Positions 26,449 to 41,100 of a stretch of DNA of 64,000 nucleotides are shown piece by piece (position 1 is the stretch's first letter; the number at the start of each line of letters is the position of its first letter). The stretch is from Octopus bimaculoides (taxonomy: Eukaryota): contig NC_068986.1 in NCBI RefSeq assembly GCF_001194135.2, positions 89,211,945 through 89,275,944 on the forward strand, in the 5' to 3' direction. Below the pieces are notes generated by a model. It saw nothing but the letters and a program-made list of their open reading frames with translations, searched no databases and had not been told where the DNA came from. A program made the translations under genes and the position numbers.

Positions 26449-27833
26449 ATGGGGCGTCCAAAAAAACATGCAACTGAAAAGAATTTAGCAGCAAAGGTAC
26501 AACGACAGAAAGAAAGACGAGCAGCTGAATCAGATGAAACCAGGGCAAAGTGACTGAAGCAGATGTCTGTATATGCACGGAGATGTAGACATGATTCTGT
26601 TTCCGCTACACATGACCGACTGGTTAGGGTGCCACGAGAGGAGAATATTCTACTTCAAAATAATGGTGCCAGATCACAAATTGTTGATGCAACACTAAAG
26701 AGATCTTTTCTTTCTGACCATGTAGAAGTAGTGGAGGTGACAATCAGTCTAAGACTTCGTACAGAAAGTCATTCTGCTGAAAGAGTGTTTGCTAAAAACG
26801 TTCTTGATGTTGGAAATGGTAACATTTCTTATTTCTTTACTGCCCACAGGGGGCTACACACAGAGGGGCCAAACAAGGACATACAAACGGATTAAGTGGA
26901 TTACATCGACCCCAGTGCGTAACTGGTACTTTATTTATCGACCCTGAAAGGATGAAAGGCAAAGTCAACCTCGGCGGAATTTGAACTCAGAATATAACGG
27001 CAGACGAAATACCGCTAAGCATTTCGCCCGGCGTACTAACGTTTCTGCTAGCTCGCCGCCTTGGAAATGGTAACATTTCAGATGAGAAAAATCTAGGTGA
27101 ATTCAAAATCAAACTACCCAATGACCCCTGCTTTGAAAGTGGTACTCTTTCAGATCTATGTGATTTTGTATATGGTGACCTTAAAAATAACTTCACAAAA
27201 ACTGGTTTAAAAGAATAGTTTTTTGATAAAATGAAAATTCTCTAATATCCCTGTATAATTTTTTTTTTGGGGGGGGGGATGAAGAAGCAGCACAATTTGT
27301 GAATGATCTTCTTCTGCCCAAGTTCCCTCGTGAGCTAAAGACATACAGAAGCTCAGATACAGTTGATGAAACTCTGTACCCAATCGAATTCTTCAGCAAT
27401 CAAGTTCTTCAACTTTCACCATCAGGGTTTCCACCATACATTACCAAGCTGAAGAAAAACTGCTGCATAATGCTTGAGAAATTTCGATGCTACGAATGAA
27501 CATTGCAATGGCAAACGCTGCATCATTATTAGTTTACATGATAATGTTATTGAGGGTGAGGATGCTTGTGGTCCTTATGCAGGATCAACGCAGCTGATCG
27601 CAAGAATACCACAATTTCCTGTTAAGCCAACTTTTGCCTTGAGGTGTAACTAGGCCCGGGGACAGACTTTTCAACAAATTAGAATATATGTTCCGATACA
27701 ATTCTTCTCACATGGTCAGCTATACGTTGCATTTTCTTGAGTTCGAAAGAAGGCTAATCTAAAAATAACGGCTGAGAGAAATGGAAACAGTATGATTACT
27801 GAAAATTGTATCTACAAGGAGATATTACTTTAG
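26449..27833 (+). mobile_element. Internally deleted, degraded Helitron RepHel fragment
   Basis: The N-terminus MGRPKK...RRAAESDETRAK is joined to the PIF1 C-terminal half: [52 protein letters not shown]-stop. Confidence 0.8.
26829..27060 (-). mobile_element. SINE nested in Helitron fragment, 19-bp TSD
   Basis: The minus strand begins ggcggcgagctagcagaaacgttag. TTGGAAATGGTAACATTTC is duplicated at 26810-26828 and 27061-27079. Confidence 0.9.
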
Positions 27834-28264
27834 AGCAAAATATGCTTTTTAGCAAGTTGCAGTAAATATAATTAACACACAAATTATATATAAAGTAACA
27901 TATATTTCAGAAGAATTAAATTGTTTTGACATATTTCAAATATATAACGAATTATGTCGTTATATTAGATTGTGATTGTGTGATTGGTACATGAGATGAT
28001 GCATAGATTAATACCTATAAATATATGTATGTACACACATATTTTGTCATCAAACACAATTAATATGATGCTTGTGTACATTTTCGAGACTCTCACAAGA
28101 CACGTCAAAACTTAAATCAATTTTGTAGGGTTTATAGTTGTCAAAACATTCATTTCAAATATCATCTAAATCATACAGAACGCTACAATAAATTACCGTA
28201 ATATACGTTTATAACAACTTTAGTAGGTGTAAATGAGGTAAACATCTGTTACAGCATGTATTGT

Positions 28265-28272
28265 TATATAAG
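28265..28272 (+). promoter_or_regulatory. TATA box candidate for gene 2
   Basis: TATATAAG ~70 nt upstream of the ATG at 28339; this would imply a start site near 28295 and a short 5' UTR. Confidence 0.5.
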
Positions 28273-28338
28273 CCAATGTTTACAGCAGCTGTGTGGGCTT
28301 AACATCACCACGTTTCAAGTTCAACAAGATTATCAATA

Positions 28339-28375
28339 ATGAAGGACTGTATAAGTATATGTCTTCTAATCGCGG
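28339..28375 (+). CDS. Gene 2 first coding exon (signal peptide, ends phase 1)
   Basis: ataATG AAG GAC TGT ATA AGT ATA TGT CTT CTA ATC GCG G|gtaagt has a consensus donor. Joined to 33809 it gives MKDCISICLLIAGLATA-ND, a short hydrophobic leader with an A-x-A cleavage motif. Confidence 0.7.
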
Positions 28376-31300
28376 GTAAGTAACGGAATTATAAAGTATT
28401 TTTAAGATTCATAAATAATCCCATTTCTGATTTTATTCATACGTACACGTACACACACTCACACGAATATTCATACGCACTCACCTACACATACTCGCAA
28501 ATACATAGTTTTAAATATTTAGCTTAGTTTATATATTTATCCCACACATACTTTTCCCACGTATGTATGTATGTATGTATGTATGTATGATGTATGTATG
28601 ATGTATGTATGATGTATGTATGATGTATTCGAAATATGAAACACGGTATGTAAGACTGAAAACAAATTAAGATATAAAGTCAATGTAAGCATTAAACAGA
28701 ACCAAATATTAGAATGCTCCTAGCTACTGGTAACGTCACACAATGCATGTATGTATGTATGTATGTATGTATGTATGTATGTATTATGTATGTATGCATG
28801 CATGTCATTGTTCAGTTTAATTTCAAGACTTCTTGCCAACAGAGAACCTTGATCCAAGGCTCCTCCATTGGAATTTCAACATGAACAGATTATGTATGTA
28901 TGTATGTATGTATGTATGTAGGTATGTATGTATGTATGTATGTATGTATGTATGTATGTATGTATGCATGTGTTGTATTCTCCGTCTCCAGTGTCGTGGT
29001 ACAGCCACGATCTTGTGACTGATGGTTTAGATATACTGCATCGGTGTTGTTGCAGTAAACACGATAACGATGCAGTCATAATAATAACGTAACAATCCGA
29101 CAATCAATATTTCAAACAAACTAACCGATCGACACCTTCTAATTTCACTGCGAACTCCACTCGAACTAACACACAAGCTTCACTACGACCGCTGTTATTC
29201 ATAATCGCTTGGTCCAGTCTATTTCTCGCAAAGGGGCGTCGTGATTCTCATCAAAACATCTACCCTTTCGAGACTTCAACTTCCGTAACAACTGAAATGT
29301 ATATTATTTTCTTTAATTTTCTAGCACCTCTCCTATTTTCTTTTCTTTTTTCTCTGGCAAATTTAATATCGTTTTCGTTTTGGCATTATTTCGAAGCATA
29401 CAGTCTGTTTCCTCTTTCTACTCCAGCTCCTACGAGGCTCAATCTCTTCCGCTGTTGGCACCTCAAAAATGTCATACCAGACTTTCATTGGTATTTCCTT
29501 TCGTTTTTTAATGTCTCGTCTTTAATTGGTTTAGATGTCTGTTATGTTCCCATCGTTGTCCTTTAATTACGCACACCATTTTTCCTAATCTTTTAGTTAC
29601 AAAACCTCCCAGCCTTCGTTACCATTTTTGTAAATCTTAAAATGAACTTTATTGCCTATTTCGAAATGTTTTGTTGCCTTTTCTGAATTTCCTTAAATGT
29701 ATTTTGTCCTGGTTATAATTTATCGAAGATCGATTTATTTTTCGCACGCGCAATAACTCTGCCAGAGACTTTCCTGAACTGGTATTCGGATTGGGTGTGA
29801 ACTCCATATATCCTCAAGAATTTTGTTAGCGCTTCGTCATTTCCTGTCATCCATTCCTTGCATTTTTTAACACTCTTTCTACCTCCCCGTTTAACCTCGG
29901 GTGGTATGCCGGGGGTAAAAATATGCTCTATCGCATGTATTTTGCAGAAATGTTTGAATTCAGTACCCGTAAATTGTGTCCAGTATCAGATACCAACGTG
30001 TCTGGAACACCGCATCGAGCAAAGAACTGTATTGTCTTTGCGGTTGGCTTATTGCACCTGCACGCCCTGGCGACTTTATGCCGCTATCAACAACGATTAG
30101 ATAGTATGCGTCGTTCACCGGTCCAGCGTAGTCGATATGTGCCCTAGGCCACGGACTAACCGTCTCAGGCCACCATTTGTATTTCACCGTTGGTGCTTTA
30201 GATGCCAGTGCACGACCTCTACAAGATTTTACACAGTTTTCAATGTCCCGGTCCATTGTCAGCCAATATACATAGCTCCTCATGAAAATTTTCATTCTCG
30301 ACATTTCCGGGTTTCCAACGTGGATTTCCTGCAATACTTGTTTCTGTAGTGCAGTTGGTGCTATCACTCTTTGCGCGTACATTAGAACATCGTCGCACAG
30401 TGAAAAATTATTCGAATTTGTATTTTTATTTTGCTTATTTTTCAACGCTTCTTTCATTCTTTTTATGTAACTATCCTCTGCGGATTTCATTTTTATACCA
30501 TGCGCTGTCACTGGCATTTCATTTATTTTTTTACAGTACTAGCTTATTGGGAGATCCCATAAATCAAATAACTCCAACCAGTCGGAACCAAACAGATTAG
30601 TAGCATCCTTTACGAAGAAAACATGCACATTTTTCCTCGAAATGTGACATCATTCCAACATTTCGCGTACAAAGTGTAGTTTGTCACCCGTCCCGCCACG
30701 TGCAGTTTTTGCTATTTTATCTTAACATATGTTTCCGTATTTTCTTCCACGTGTCGGTGCTAATGATTGAAATGTCACTACTAGTATCCAGTTGTAATTT
30801 AATATTTACTCCCTGTACAATTTTCCTTATCCTGAGAGCACTTTAGAATGTTTCACATTTGCCTATTTCACTTTTGTTCTGCAGTAATTCGTAATGAAGT
30901 CACCATCCTCTTTTTAGTTAAATTCTAGCACCCCATTCGAGTGTTAAATACAGAAGTTTTATTACCGAACATGTTAGACAGTAATTATGTTAACATCCGC
31001 CTGGGCAGCCCATTTCCACAACTGTACGCAATCTCTGTTCTCCGTCCCAAATTGAGGCTTTCATTGGGACATTCCAACAGTACTCCTTTTTTATTATGAG
31101 TGACTATGGCTACCGCCATACTGTGGATTCTTATTTCTTTGTCCTCTAGGTTATCCTTCCGACGGATTTCATTATACAGTGTCCTGGGTACAACATCATG
31201 TCTCATCAGTAAATAACACTGTGATGGCATTTTCGGACAGCTGCTTAGGACGTAGGTGATATCTTTGGTGTTAACTCCGCAAAGTCTGCATCGGATATCA

Positions 31301-32164
31301 TATTTTGCTGCTTTTCCTGCGTCTCGGTCCCTTTTGCGCATCAGTTGTTTGATTGATATTTCCTGTTCCTGGATTGCAAATGCATACCCGTCAAAGTGAC
31401 AGTTAGTAATCTGGTTGTTGGTCTATGATAGACTGCTTTGATGATCAGTGCAACAATCGTCTCGGAGCTTTCTACTAACATATCCATGCATGGTATTCTG
31501 CTGATATACGCTCATCTTTTCATCTGATGATACACTGTGGTAGTTGTATGATTTTTTTTTGACATGTATGTTAAGTTTTAAGACAAGGAACGCTGCTCAA
31601 GAAGCTGCTCTGCAAGTCTTAGATGTCATCATCCACATATATGCAAACTTGGTTAAGCGATGCACGTCGATACTTGGTGGTTAATTGATGTTGCAAAAGA
31701 GATATGATACGACATTGAAAGGCAATTTGGATCGATGTTAAGCCTGTGCTGTTTTGTTTTCGTTTTAGTTAGAGGCGGTCAGCTCACTCTTGGTGTAGAA
31801 ATTATGAGTGTTGGTTAGTATTTTCCATGTTTTTACATCAATGGCTCGGATTTCATCAAGCGTCCAATCAAGCAGCGCACAATGTTGGCACTGCAAATAT
31901 TGTGGACCAATGTTGTATTGAATGCAAAGAGTTTCGAGGTTCAATGTTTCTTTATTCGACAGCAATATTTTTTAGTGACACGTGTTTTGTTACAAGTTCC
32001 ATCGTAAGATATGCTTTCATCCACCCCTAGATACTTGTAACATTCCTCATTAGATATAGGGGAAACGGTCAAGTCATTGATGGAGATGTTGCTAGTCCGT
32101 TTAGTTTTTTCCTCTTTTCGCAACCATATAGCAATATCCTGATATATAAATGTATCTATGTATG

Positions 32165-32195
<31 letters not shown>

Positions 32196-35100
32196 GCATG
32201 TATGTATGAATGCATGCATATATACTTTCATGCCCGAGTGGCGCAGGACATGCTGTGCAAAGTCCTGCACGAGTTTGGAATTAATGAGCAACTTGTGGTT
32301 GCTGTAATGACCCCATACGAATTCCCGGATTTTGTTTATGTTCAACTGAATGATGCTAAGGTGAAAGCTTCTAATGTTAGCGATGGATTTCGGCTGTGGT
32401 GCATATTGTCACCTCCCTTGTTTTTTAATTTTTATGGTAACAAAGTTTTTATAGTCTGTATCTTTCTTTGTCTCTCTGATTGAAACAGTTTGATATAATT
32501 GCAGATTGACTTTATTGAGAAGCACTATATTTCAGCGGCAATCGAAATTGTTACCTGTTACTTGTTATAAATAAAGGTTTATAAAGAAGTCTATTGTGGC
32601 CACTGCTGCGTGATTCAACAATTCAGTACGAATGTTGACAATTCCTGCTAACTTTCCATCCTTCAGTAGATTACATAGTTGTATCCGCTGTAAGAATGTG
32701 TGTGTGTACATGTGGCATAGCTATATAGCAATTGAATGCAAAAAGCTATTTTATGTATTAATATTCAGTACACAAATATATCTAGACTTTTTCTACGACC
32801 TCATGAAATTTGGTTTCTGTTCTCATCTATTTGAATATCGAAGACTAGTTGGAAAGCAGTCAATGACGGAAACTTTATTGCAGTGTTTAAATGCGCATCA
32901 GGTGGTTCTGAACGATATTTTGATCCTTTTATGTGCATTAGAGAGAGAGTACATGCACAACCACTTACATGAACTTCCGAACAAAGACAATATTCTTGAA
33001 GCATATTGATTGTATTCATTATATATTTATCCTCCAAATATAGATAAAATACAATTATATTTTATATCTACAACGAAAATCCCATGGAAATATATACTAT
33101 AATGGTCACCTGCAATTTTGATTCTCATCTGAAAATCATTCATAAAAATTCTGCTTACCATCTGTATTCAAACACCTCATCTATTTCCTGTTTATACGTA
33201 ATTTATCTAAATGGGTTGAAACATATCTTTCTCTATCGGCTAGTCTTTGAGAGATATAAGATCCACAAATTCGTCTATGAAGTACATAACTTCATCAGCT
33301 AACATCGAATGAAAGTGTAGTGTTGTCCCAAATGTTGGAATTCCTGTCAATGACAAGGGAAATACCCAAAAATAATGTACTTAAGTTGCTGCTCTGCGTT
33401 TTCAGAAGTATCCATAAAACGTTCAAGAAATACAGTCCCTGATGATAGTGCATATGAAAATAATTGCCGTTTTCAGGACAGATTCTCTAATCTATTTTAA
33501 AACAAATTCGGCTTGTTACTGCATGACACCGTTGCCCAATAAATACATTGTAAGCAGGAACATATCGCGCATGAGTATTTTGAAACTCGAATAAATCACG
33601 CCGAAATTGATGCTTAAAAGTGTCGCAAAAACGGCCAGCTGTCAGAATTTATAGAGCGCCAAGAAAATCTTTACCGGACTTTTTCTGTCTGCTAAAGAAA
33701 ATATATTCCTACTAGAATTAAAAGCTTTAATTTATGTTGAATTGTATGATATTTTTTCAATGTGGTACAATTTGGGAAGAGTGAAGAAACAAAGTATCTA
33801 ATTTCTAGGACTTGCAACGGCGAACGACTGCATTGAACAATACAATGCAAGATGTCCCAGTATAATAGGCCTGAACCCCATACGCAACCCAGACACTGGC
33901 TACTGCAAGTATATATATATTTTTACATTTCTTTATATTATTCTACATGTAATATCTACATTTATTTTATATGTACAGTAATATCAACTGCTTAATACTA
34001 ATTATTTTTAAGTTGACACAAACCTAGAAATAGTTACTCAGTGTAGTATTCCAATAGTGTACTGTCATCGTTCGGTTCAATACTGGACTGTAATTGAACA
34101 TGTTCAATGCAATAATGTGAAAACGCTCATAGTCGACTGCTAGAAAATTAATATATTATATAGCTGATTTCTAACATAGGTAGGAGTCAGAACACCAATC
34201 TACTGATTTACATTTATTACAAATTATTATACCCATTCCGGAATATAAATGGAAAATTAGGCAGCTTTGAACTCAGAATATTACCATGGTTATACAGCCA
34301 GACAATCAAAGCTGTCATTAACCCTTGTAGAATTTAAATCCACTATGTAAATAATGCAGAATATTGCCAAACATTTTAAACATTTTTTTACATTCTGAAA
34401 GCAATGTTTATTGATATACTCTATATTTCAGTCGTTTGGTCGCATATAAAAGATGCGCTAATGCAGGTGAAAAGTGCGAAGATTACTTCGAGCAAACCTT
34501 TCAGGATCAATGCTGTGGTAAGATATGTTCATAGATTTGATTTTTTGTTGGCAAAATGTGGTGTCAACAAGCTATACTGAAAAATAAAATATTGTGATTT
34601 TCATATCCAGGGACGTCAACATCACATTCTAAAAGTTTCAACCTTTAAAAACAGAACTTCTGAGCAAGCATTTATCGCAAATGCTTAGCTCTCAATTTCT
34701 GGTGGTATTCTATTGACACTGTCGTGACAGACAGTACTCTAGTCTGTTCCATAGCGAATGACTTTGTTCCAGTGCTTGTGAATGTCCTGTTAAAAATCAT
34801 TTTGTTGTCCACACATCTTTTTCTTCCTTCACATATCTCTCCATTTACTCTTCTAATAATTTCTTGAAGGAAAAAAGACTACTGAATGTTATTACGTACC
34901 ATACTATTTCAGCTTCATTTTCTTCAGTATGTAAGTCAGACAATGAGATATTGGAAGTGTTCGCTGCTTACTCGCTTTGGATGTAGTCTAATAACTGCAA
35001 GATGCATGGGAATCTGTAATATATCATTAATAGTTCCTGTATCGTTGCACTAATTGAAAGATAGTGGCAGACACAGTACTGTGTCTGTCATGCTCATGGG

Positions 35101-38100
35101 AAGATGAAATGTGCCTGTCCTCGCAAAAATGTGATCTGAAAGAACTGTTTCAGAGAATTTATATTCGTTTTAATTTAATCAGTATAGTCATTGACAACGA
35201 GGTTCAATGAGTACTGTGTTTCTGTTAACATTCTTACAACATGTATCATTGAATCCTTGGATATTAGAACTGTTGCAGCAGTTGTGATTTGGACAGAAAT
35301 ATCTATTGTGCCGAAGAAGTCTGGCTTAGTGATGAGTATGGATTTTTCATCACTGAATTTGTGTACAAAATTGTTATTTTCTATCATGGTGACTCATTCT
35401 TCCTTTCTGTCTGTCCATCGCCACAAAATCATAGATTTGGATGATACCCCCTTCGATACTGGCTGTACCCTAATGGCATCCAGTGTCATCATTTATATTC
35501 TGTTCTTTGACGATGTTGAAGAATAAGAGCAAAGGGAGCGTACTACCTGATTTCTACAATAGCAACGAAAGAGCGTGCCAACTTGGTACAAATCTGTATG
35601 TATTTCTTGCACTTTTAGTCTAGTAGGAAACATTCTTTTTTACAGAATGTTTTCTACTAGACTCGGCCGAAAGCCTTCTTGAAGCATTCTCATTAACGCT
35701 GACGATATTTCTCACTGAAGAGGCAAAGATTCATACTTATGGAATCCTGATTCGTTCTTTATTGAGATGCTTTACACTCGATATATGTAGGTGTGTATGT
35801 GTGCATTTGCGGGCGCGCATCCATATCTCAGCGCATATTCATTGTGTGTTCTAAGAGTCATTCTTCTATCTCTTCGATTCCGTTGTTTCCTACTTTTATC
35901 CGGCCTTGTGCTACATATACCGACCACATGCATTTTGTTTTAATGCAGTTCATTTTAAGACCTACTGCTAACCTATGACTGCTCACTACTCTTCGTATGG
36001 TTTGCAGCTGGTCTGTAATTTCATCGATCAGTACAATGCCACCTGTTAATCATTTATGTATTAGTTTCTCACCAGTCAATGTCCTTCATGACCATATCTA
36101 CACCGGCCGTAAAATGTTTCGGAGAGATGGTATTTCCTTGCCTGTCAGCCTTCCCAGTTGGGACCCTTACTAGTAGTGATAACAGAGCTATATCTGTTGC
36201 ACATTCAGAGTTTGCATCTCTGAGCAGTTTGAAATATTGCGCCTCGAGCTACAACAGCTTGCATTTTCAGAGATTTCAACACTGCGTTCATCACGACGCG
36301 ATAGAAGACTTTTTCACTAATATTTCTCACGCTGAGAGCAACAGTATATGAAACCATATTAGTAATTAAATTGTAAAGTTCGAGTAGCTTTAACCTTTCA
36401 CCGATGATTATATTTTCTGAAATGGAATGGAACTTTACGTACGTATATTTTAAAACAGTAAGTAGTAGGACGTGTCTTTGTATTCTTATGTTCTGGAAAT
36501 GACGCATTAAATACATTTTTTCATACAAAACGAAAGAAACTTCTGAAACTGGCAATTTGCGGTCTAGCGTTATATTTCATTTTCTTTCAAATATATATAT
36601 ATCAGGCCATCCCATAAGTGCTGTCCGATTTTACCTTTTTCAAAATTAAATGAAATTTAATAGTATTTTAGAATGTCTAATGGAATTAAAAATTATTTTT
36701 ATGCATTTGCATACATTTAAAGTAATTAAATATTATTTTACAGAAAAATAGAATTAAAATTTCTTTGATTAAAACCCTTTCTAACATGGAAGTATCCCAA
36801 GAGCATTTTAGGCACATAATGCTTTATGAGTACAAAAAAGAAATCTCTGCATCCGAAGCGACTCGAAACATACACTCAGTTTATGGGAAAGAATGCTTGA
36901 ATGAAAGAACTTGCAGAAGATGGTTTGCAAAATTTAGAAGTGGAGATTTGAGCCTTGAAGATGAAGATCGAACAGGTCGTCCAGTTGAGTTTTATGATAA
37001 GCTCAGTGAGGCATTACTTGACAGAAATACAGCATTATCAGTTAAAGAATTGTCAATAAAGCTTAGTTCAAACCATACAACTGTTCATCGTCACCTTCAA
37101 CAACTTGGAAAGGTTCCTAAACTTGGAAAATGGGTGCCTCATGAATTGTCCGAAAGTAACCGCAATTCCCGAGTTGACATCTACACTTCTCTCCATTCTC
37201 GCGAACTCATTTCGCCCTTTTTGGATAGACTTGTGACTGGTGACGAAAAATGGATCTTCTATCGAAATTTTAAACGTCGTAAATAGTGGCTTGGTAAGAG
37301 GGAAAAAGCTCAACCACAACCGATAAGGGAACTTCATGGGAAGAAGGTTCTTCTCTCTATCTGGTGGGATTGCAAAGGGGTAATTCACTTTGAATTGTTA
37401 CCACCTAATGCAACAATCAATGCTCAAGTCTACTGTCAGCAATTAGAGCGTTTGAACAAAATTTTGAAGAAATAAAGACCCACTTTAGTGAATCGGAAAG
37501 TAGGGATGTTTTATCAGGACAATGCGTGACCCCACACTGCAAAGATCACATCACAGAAGATCGAAGAGCTTAGTTAGGAAAAAATTCCTCATCCACCTTA
37601 TTTTCCCGACCTTGCTCCTTCAGACTACCATTTGTTTCGTAGTTTACAGAATCATTTGTGGGACATAACTTTCGCAAGCCAGGAGGAGGTCGAAACTGAC
37701 ATTTCAGAGTTCTTCGCTTTGAAACCAAGAGTTTTACATTGTTGGGATCAAAAAGTTTGTAAATAGATGGAAGGAAGTCATAGATAATCAGGAAAAGTAC
37801 GTTGATGATTAAATTTCAATTAAATATATCATTTGATCACTTGTTCTCTTTATTCAAAATTCGGACAGAACTTATGGGATGACCTGATAGCTTGTTGTTA
37901 ATAAAAGTTAGCTGTAAGAAGTAGAATGCTTTCCGATGCCACTTAGAACTGAGAGAAATCTAGATTTCAGTTCGTAACGTTGATAAATATTAATAGTTTT
38001 TATACATGTTTAATATAAAATAATCATTAAAATACTATGGAGCCTATCACTGTCATAATCAACCTCACTCGATGCGCCATGATTAGCATCAGATATTTCT

Positions 38101-41100
38101 TGAACAACATATCTTATTAATCACTGCTTCAAAATAAGAACCACAATGAAGACAAAAAATCATGTTACAACATGCCCATCTTCCAACTAGATCCTGATCC
38201 CTAGAAAAATGTTTATTTCTGCAGTAGACTTCTGTATAACTCCATAAATCAATTAAACAAATTTTAAAATACAAGCACATCTTAACAGAGTTATGTAAAT
38301 AGATATATACTACTCCGAGCTTGGAGGCATTATTGTAAAATTGATCGACATTTTTAAACATTCAAAACGCTAAATATCACACTAAATTCTGAAAAAAATA
38401 TATATAATTATAATACCTATAATTCACTTATGATTATGATATTTATTATTCTTTTGTTTTTCGTTAAATAAATATAAATGAAAAAGCAATTCATACCACA
38501 TTGTCTTTAATGCACACTATCATAACATCTAATTGAAACAAAGACTTATCTCTTCCATCGATAAATTACGTATTACAAATGTCATTTGACAGCATTGCTT
38601 TAGAGCAGAATTAAATATTGTAATTTAAATGAAATAGTCCTTTAGTATGGTAAGAGTACTGAAGAGTTTTAAAAATATTTTTATCAAATTTCTAGGACGT
38701 ACAGAGACAGAAGACTGTTTGGACAGGGCGAGACAAACATGTAAACATGCTTTAATTCTTCATCCTCGAAGTAACCCCGATAAGCATTTTTGCAGGTAGG
38801 TATAATTTCTCCCTTCTGTTACTATTTTTACATGTAACATTTATAATCTATATATCAACGACTATAGTGTTTTATCAACATTTAACTATAAGTGGAGATG
38901 TTTAAGAGTTTGTCTTGATGTTTCCCCGCAAAAAGCACGGCGTTTGAATCATCTAGGTGACACGACAGATCTTTTCGTTTTTTATATTTTATACTAGCTG
39001 TTGTGCTGGGCAGCTAGTATGAAGAAATACATTTTTACTAAGAAACTCAATTTTATTTAGAGAAAATTTTATATATACTGGTGTTTTTGTATGGCATTTT
39101 ATATCTATTACATGCATCATTTATGTAAATGCAGATACGTGTGGAAAGATGAATATTTCTAGTTTTTTATAACGATTGCCGCTTTCATATGTGCATTATT
39201 TGTTATTTAAGTGGAGGTGCAATGGCCCAGTGGTTAGGGCAGCTGACTCGCGGTCGTAGGATCGCAGTTTCGATTCCCAGACCACGCGCTTTGAGTGTTT
39301 ATTGAGCGAAAACACCTAAAGCTCCACGAAGTTTCGGCAGGGAGTGATGGCGAACCCTGCTGTACTCTTTCACCACAACTTTCTCTCACTCTTTCTCCCT
39401 GTTTCTATGGTACCTTTATTCTAAGGGCCAGCCTCTGTGTCACGCTGAATCTCTCCGAGAACTATTTTAAGGCTCCACGTGTCTGTGGAGTGCTCAGCCT
39501 CTTGCACGTTAATTTCACGACCACGCTGTTCCATTGATCGGATCAACTGGAACCCTCGTCGTCGTAACAGATGGAGTGTCACATATATGCCATATTTGTT
39601 ATTTAAGTAAATTATATATTTTACTTTGCTACTTTTTATATTCATTTTTTCTATTCTGCGCTCTGATACTTTGATGAAAGATAGTTACAGGTTACAATGG
39701 CGGACACCAGTGTGCTGAAGAGAAATGAAAGGTCATGTTGCATTGCATTAAAATCAACTGAAGTACAAACTTACTAGTACAATTTTGGGTTGTACTCGTA
39801 TCTGTTGAATGATGGTGCTATTTACATCCTATACAACGAGGTTTGTGGGAGCTCGGATAGCACGTTTTGAAAATTTCTCATTATTTCTATAATTCTGTGT
39901 GAGGCTACGACATACTTTCAATAGCCTTTCTGAGGCGTTGAAATATCACTTTCACAATGTTTTTTGCATTTTGACATCTTCATACCCCATTGGTCCAGTT
40001 GAAAAATAAAACTAGCATACTGGACGTGTAAGATAATCACTACTGAATGCAATCCAAAATAGGATTCTTCAAGTTATGCTCTCAGCTCATGTGAAAGTGT
40101 AACTTTTGGCTTTTGGTATGCCTTCCTCAGAAAATATTTCAGATACTAGAAGGGATTTGATCCAAGAGTTTTCTACAATAGATGTCTTAAATTTTAAAAA
40201 AATACCTCATTTAAAAACCGTATCTTCGAAAGATACGTATATGATTACAAATACTAAAGAATATAGAAACCTTTTACTCTTTCATTTTGTATCATATTCA
40301 AATTTGCATATATTCACGTCTACTTAAAATGCCCTGCCAATGTCTGTGATTATATCAGAACACAAATCAATTTCGCACAAAATATTTTGCTAGTGTATCC
40401 TGAAGCACATTGATAGCCGTCATTTGAAATTTGTGATTTCAAATTCTGGTCGTCGGTCTCAAATCCAGCGGAAGTCAGAAGTTTGTTCTTTTTTTTCCTT
40501 CCGTTCAAAATCTTTATGTTATAAATAATATGCAATATTGTGTTCTATGAACCAATCTAATGATTTTTAATGAATTGTAAATTATATTCAAAACATTTTT
40601 AAAATTAGCTGTTCCATTATGAATGAATATTTTAGAAATTTAAAGAAGCATAAATGTAATAAACTTGGAATCCTAATAACGACGGCCATCTAAACATCGC
40701 ACTTTCTTCAGTTAAAATAATAGTAATAAAATGATTCTTTAAAGGTTTTTTAGGGAAAACATGAAAAATAAAATTTTAAGTATGTATCCGTATTACAATA
40801 AGATATATTTTTATATATATTATATCACAATAAAATATATATTTGTACTTCATACAAAAAAAGATATATAAAGACTTCTTATAATTTAAGGTACTTACGT
40901 TTATCAAAGGTATGTTTTATATATTTGGTACTCTGGCAATCCCGGATACTTCTGTTTTGTACTAGTGTTTACAGGGAACAAGTCAAATTTGTTTCGAGTA
41001 TAGTATTTCAACACACTAAATTGCTGGATTGGCGTTTATTATATAAAGTTAAGAATGATGCATACATATACTACAATATATTTTGAATTAGCAAAATGCT

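Noticed and set aside
32884-32901. Possible 18-nt micro-exon (V)FKCAS(G) extending the signal peptide
   Set aside because: It is phase-compatible with a good acceptor, but the donor (gtggtt) is weak and the leader is complete without it. It needs transcript evidence.
35100-35760. Possible remnant of a large DNA-transposon protein on the minus strand
   Set aside because: Only faint motif echoes (LCSY, VVNDYTD); too degraded to support a call.
39213-39290. tRNA-like sequences here and at 45985-46062, 55545-55625 and 56810-56879 as tRNA genes
   Set aside because: They are heads of SINE-like repeats that continue into repeat bodies, with TSDs in two cases, and lack a complete acceptor stem.
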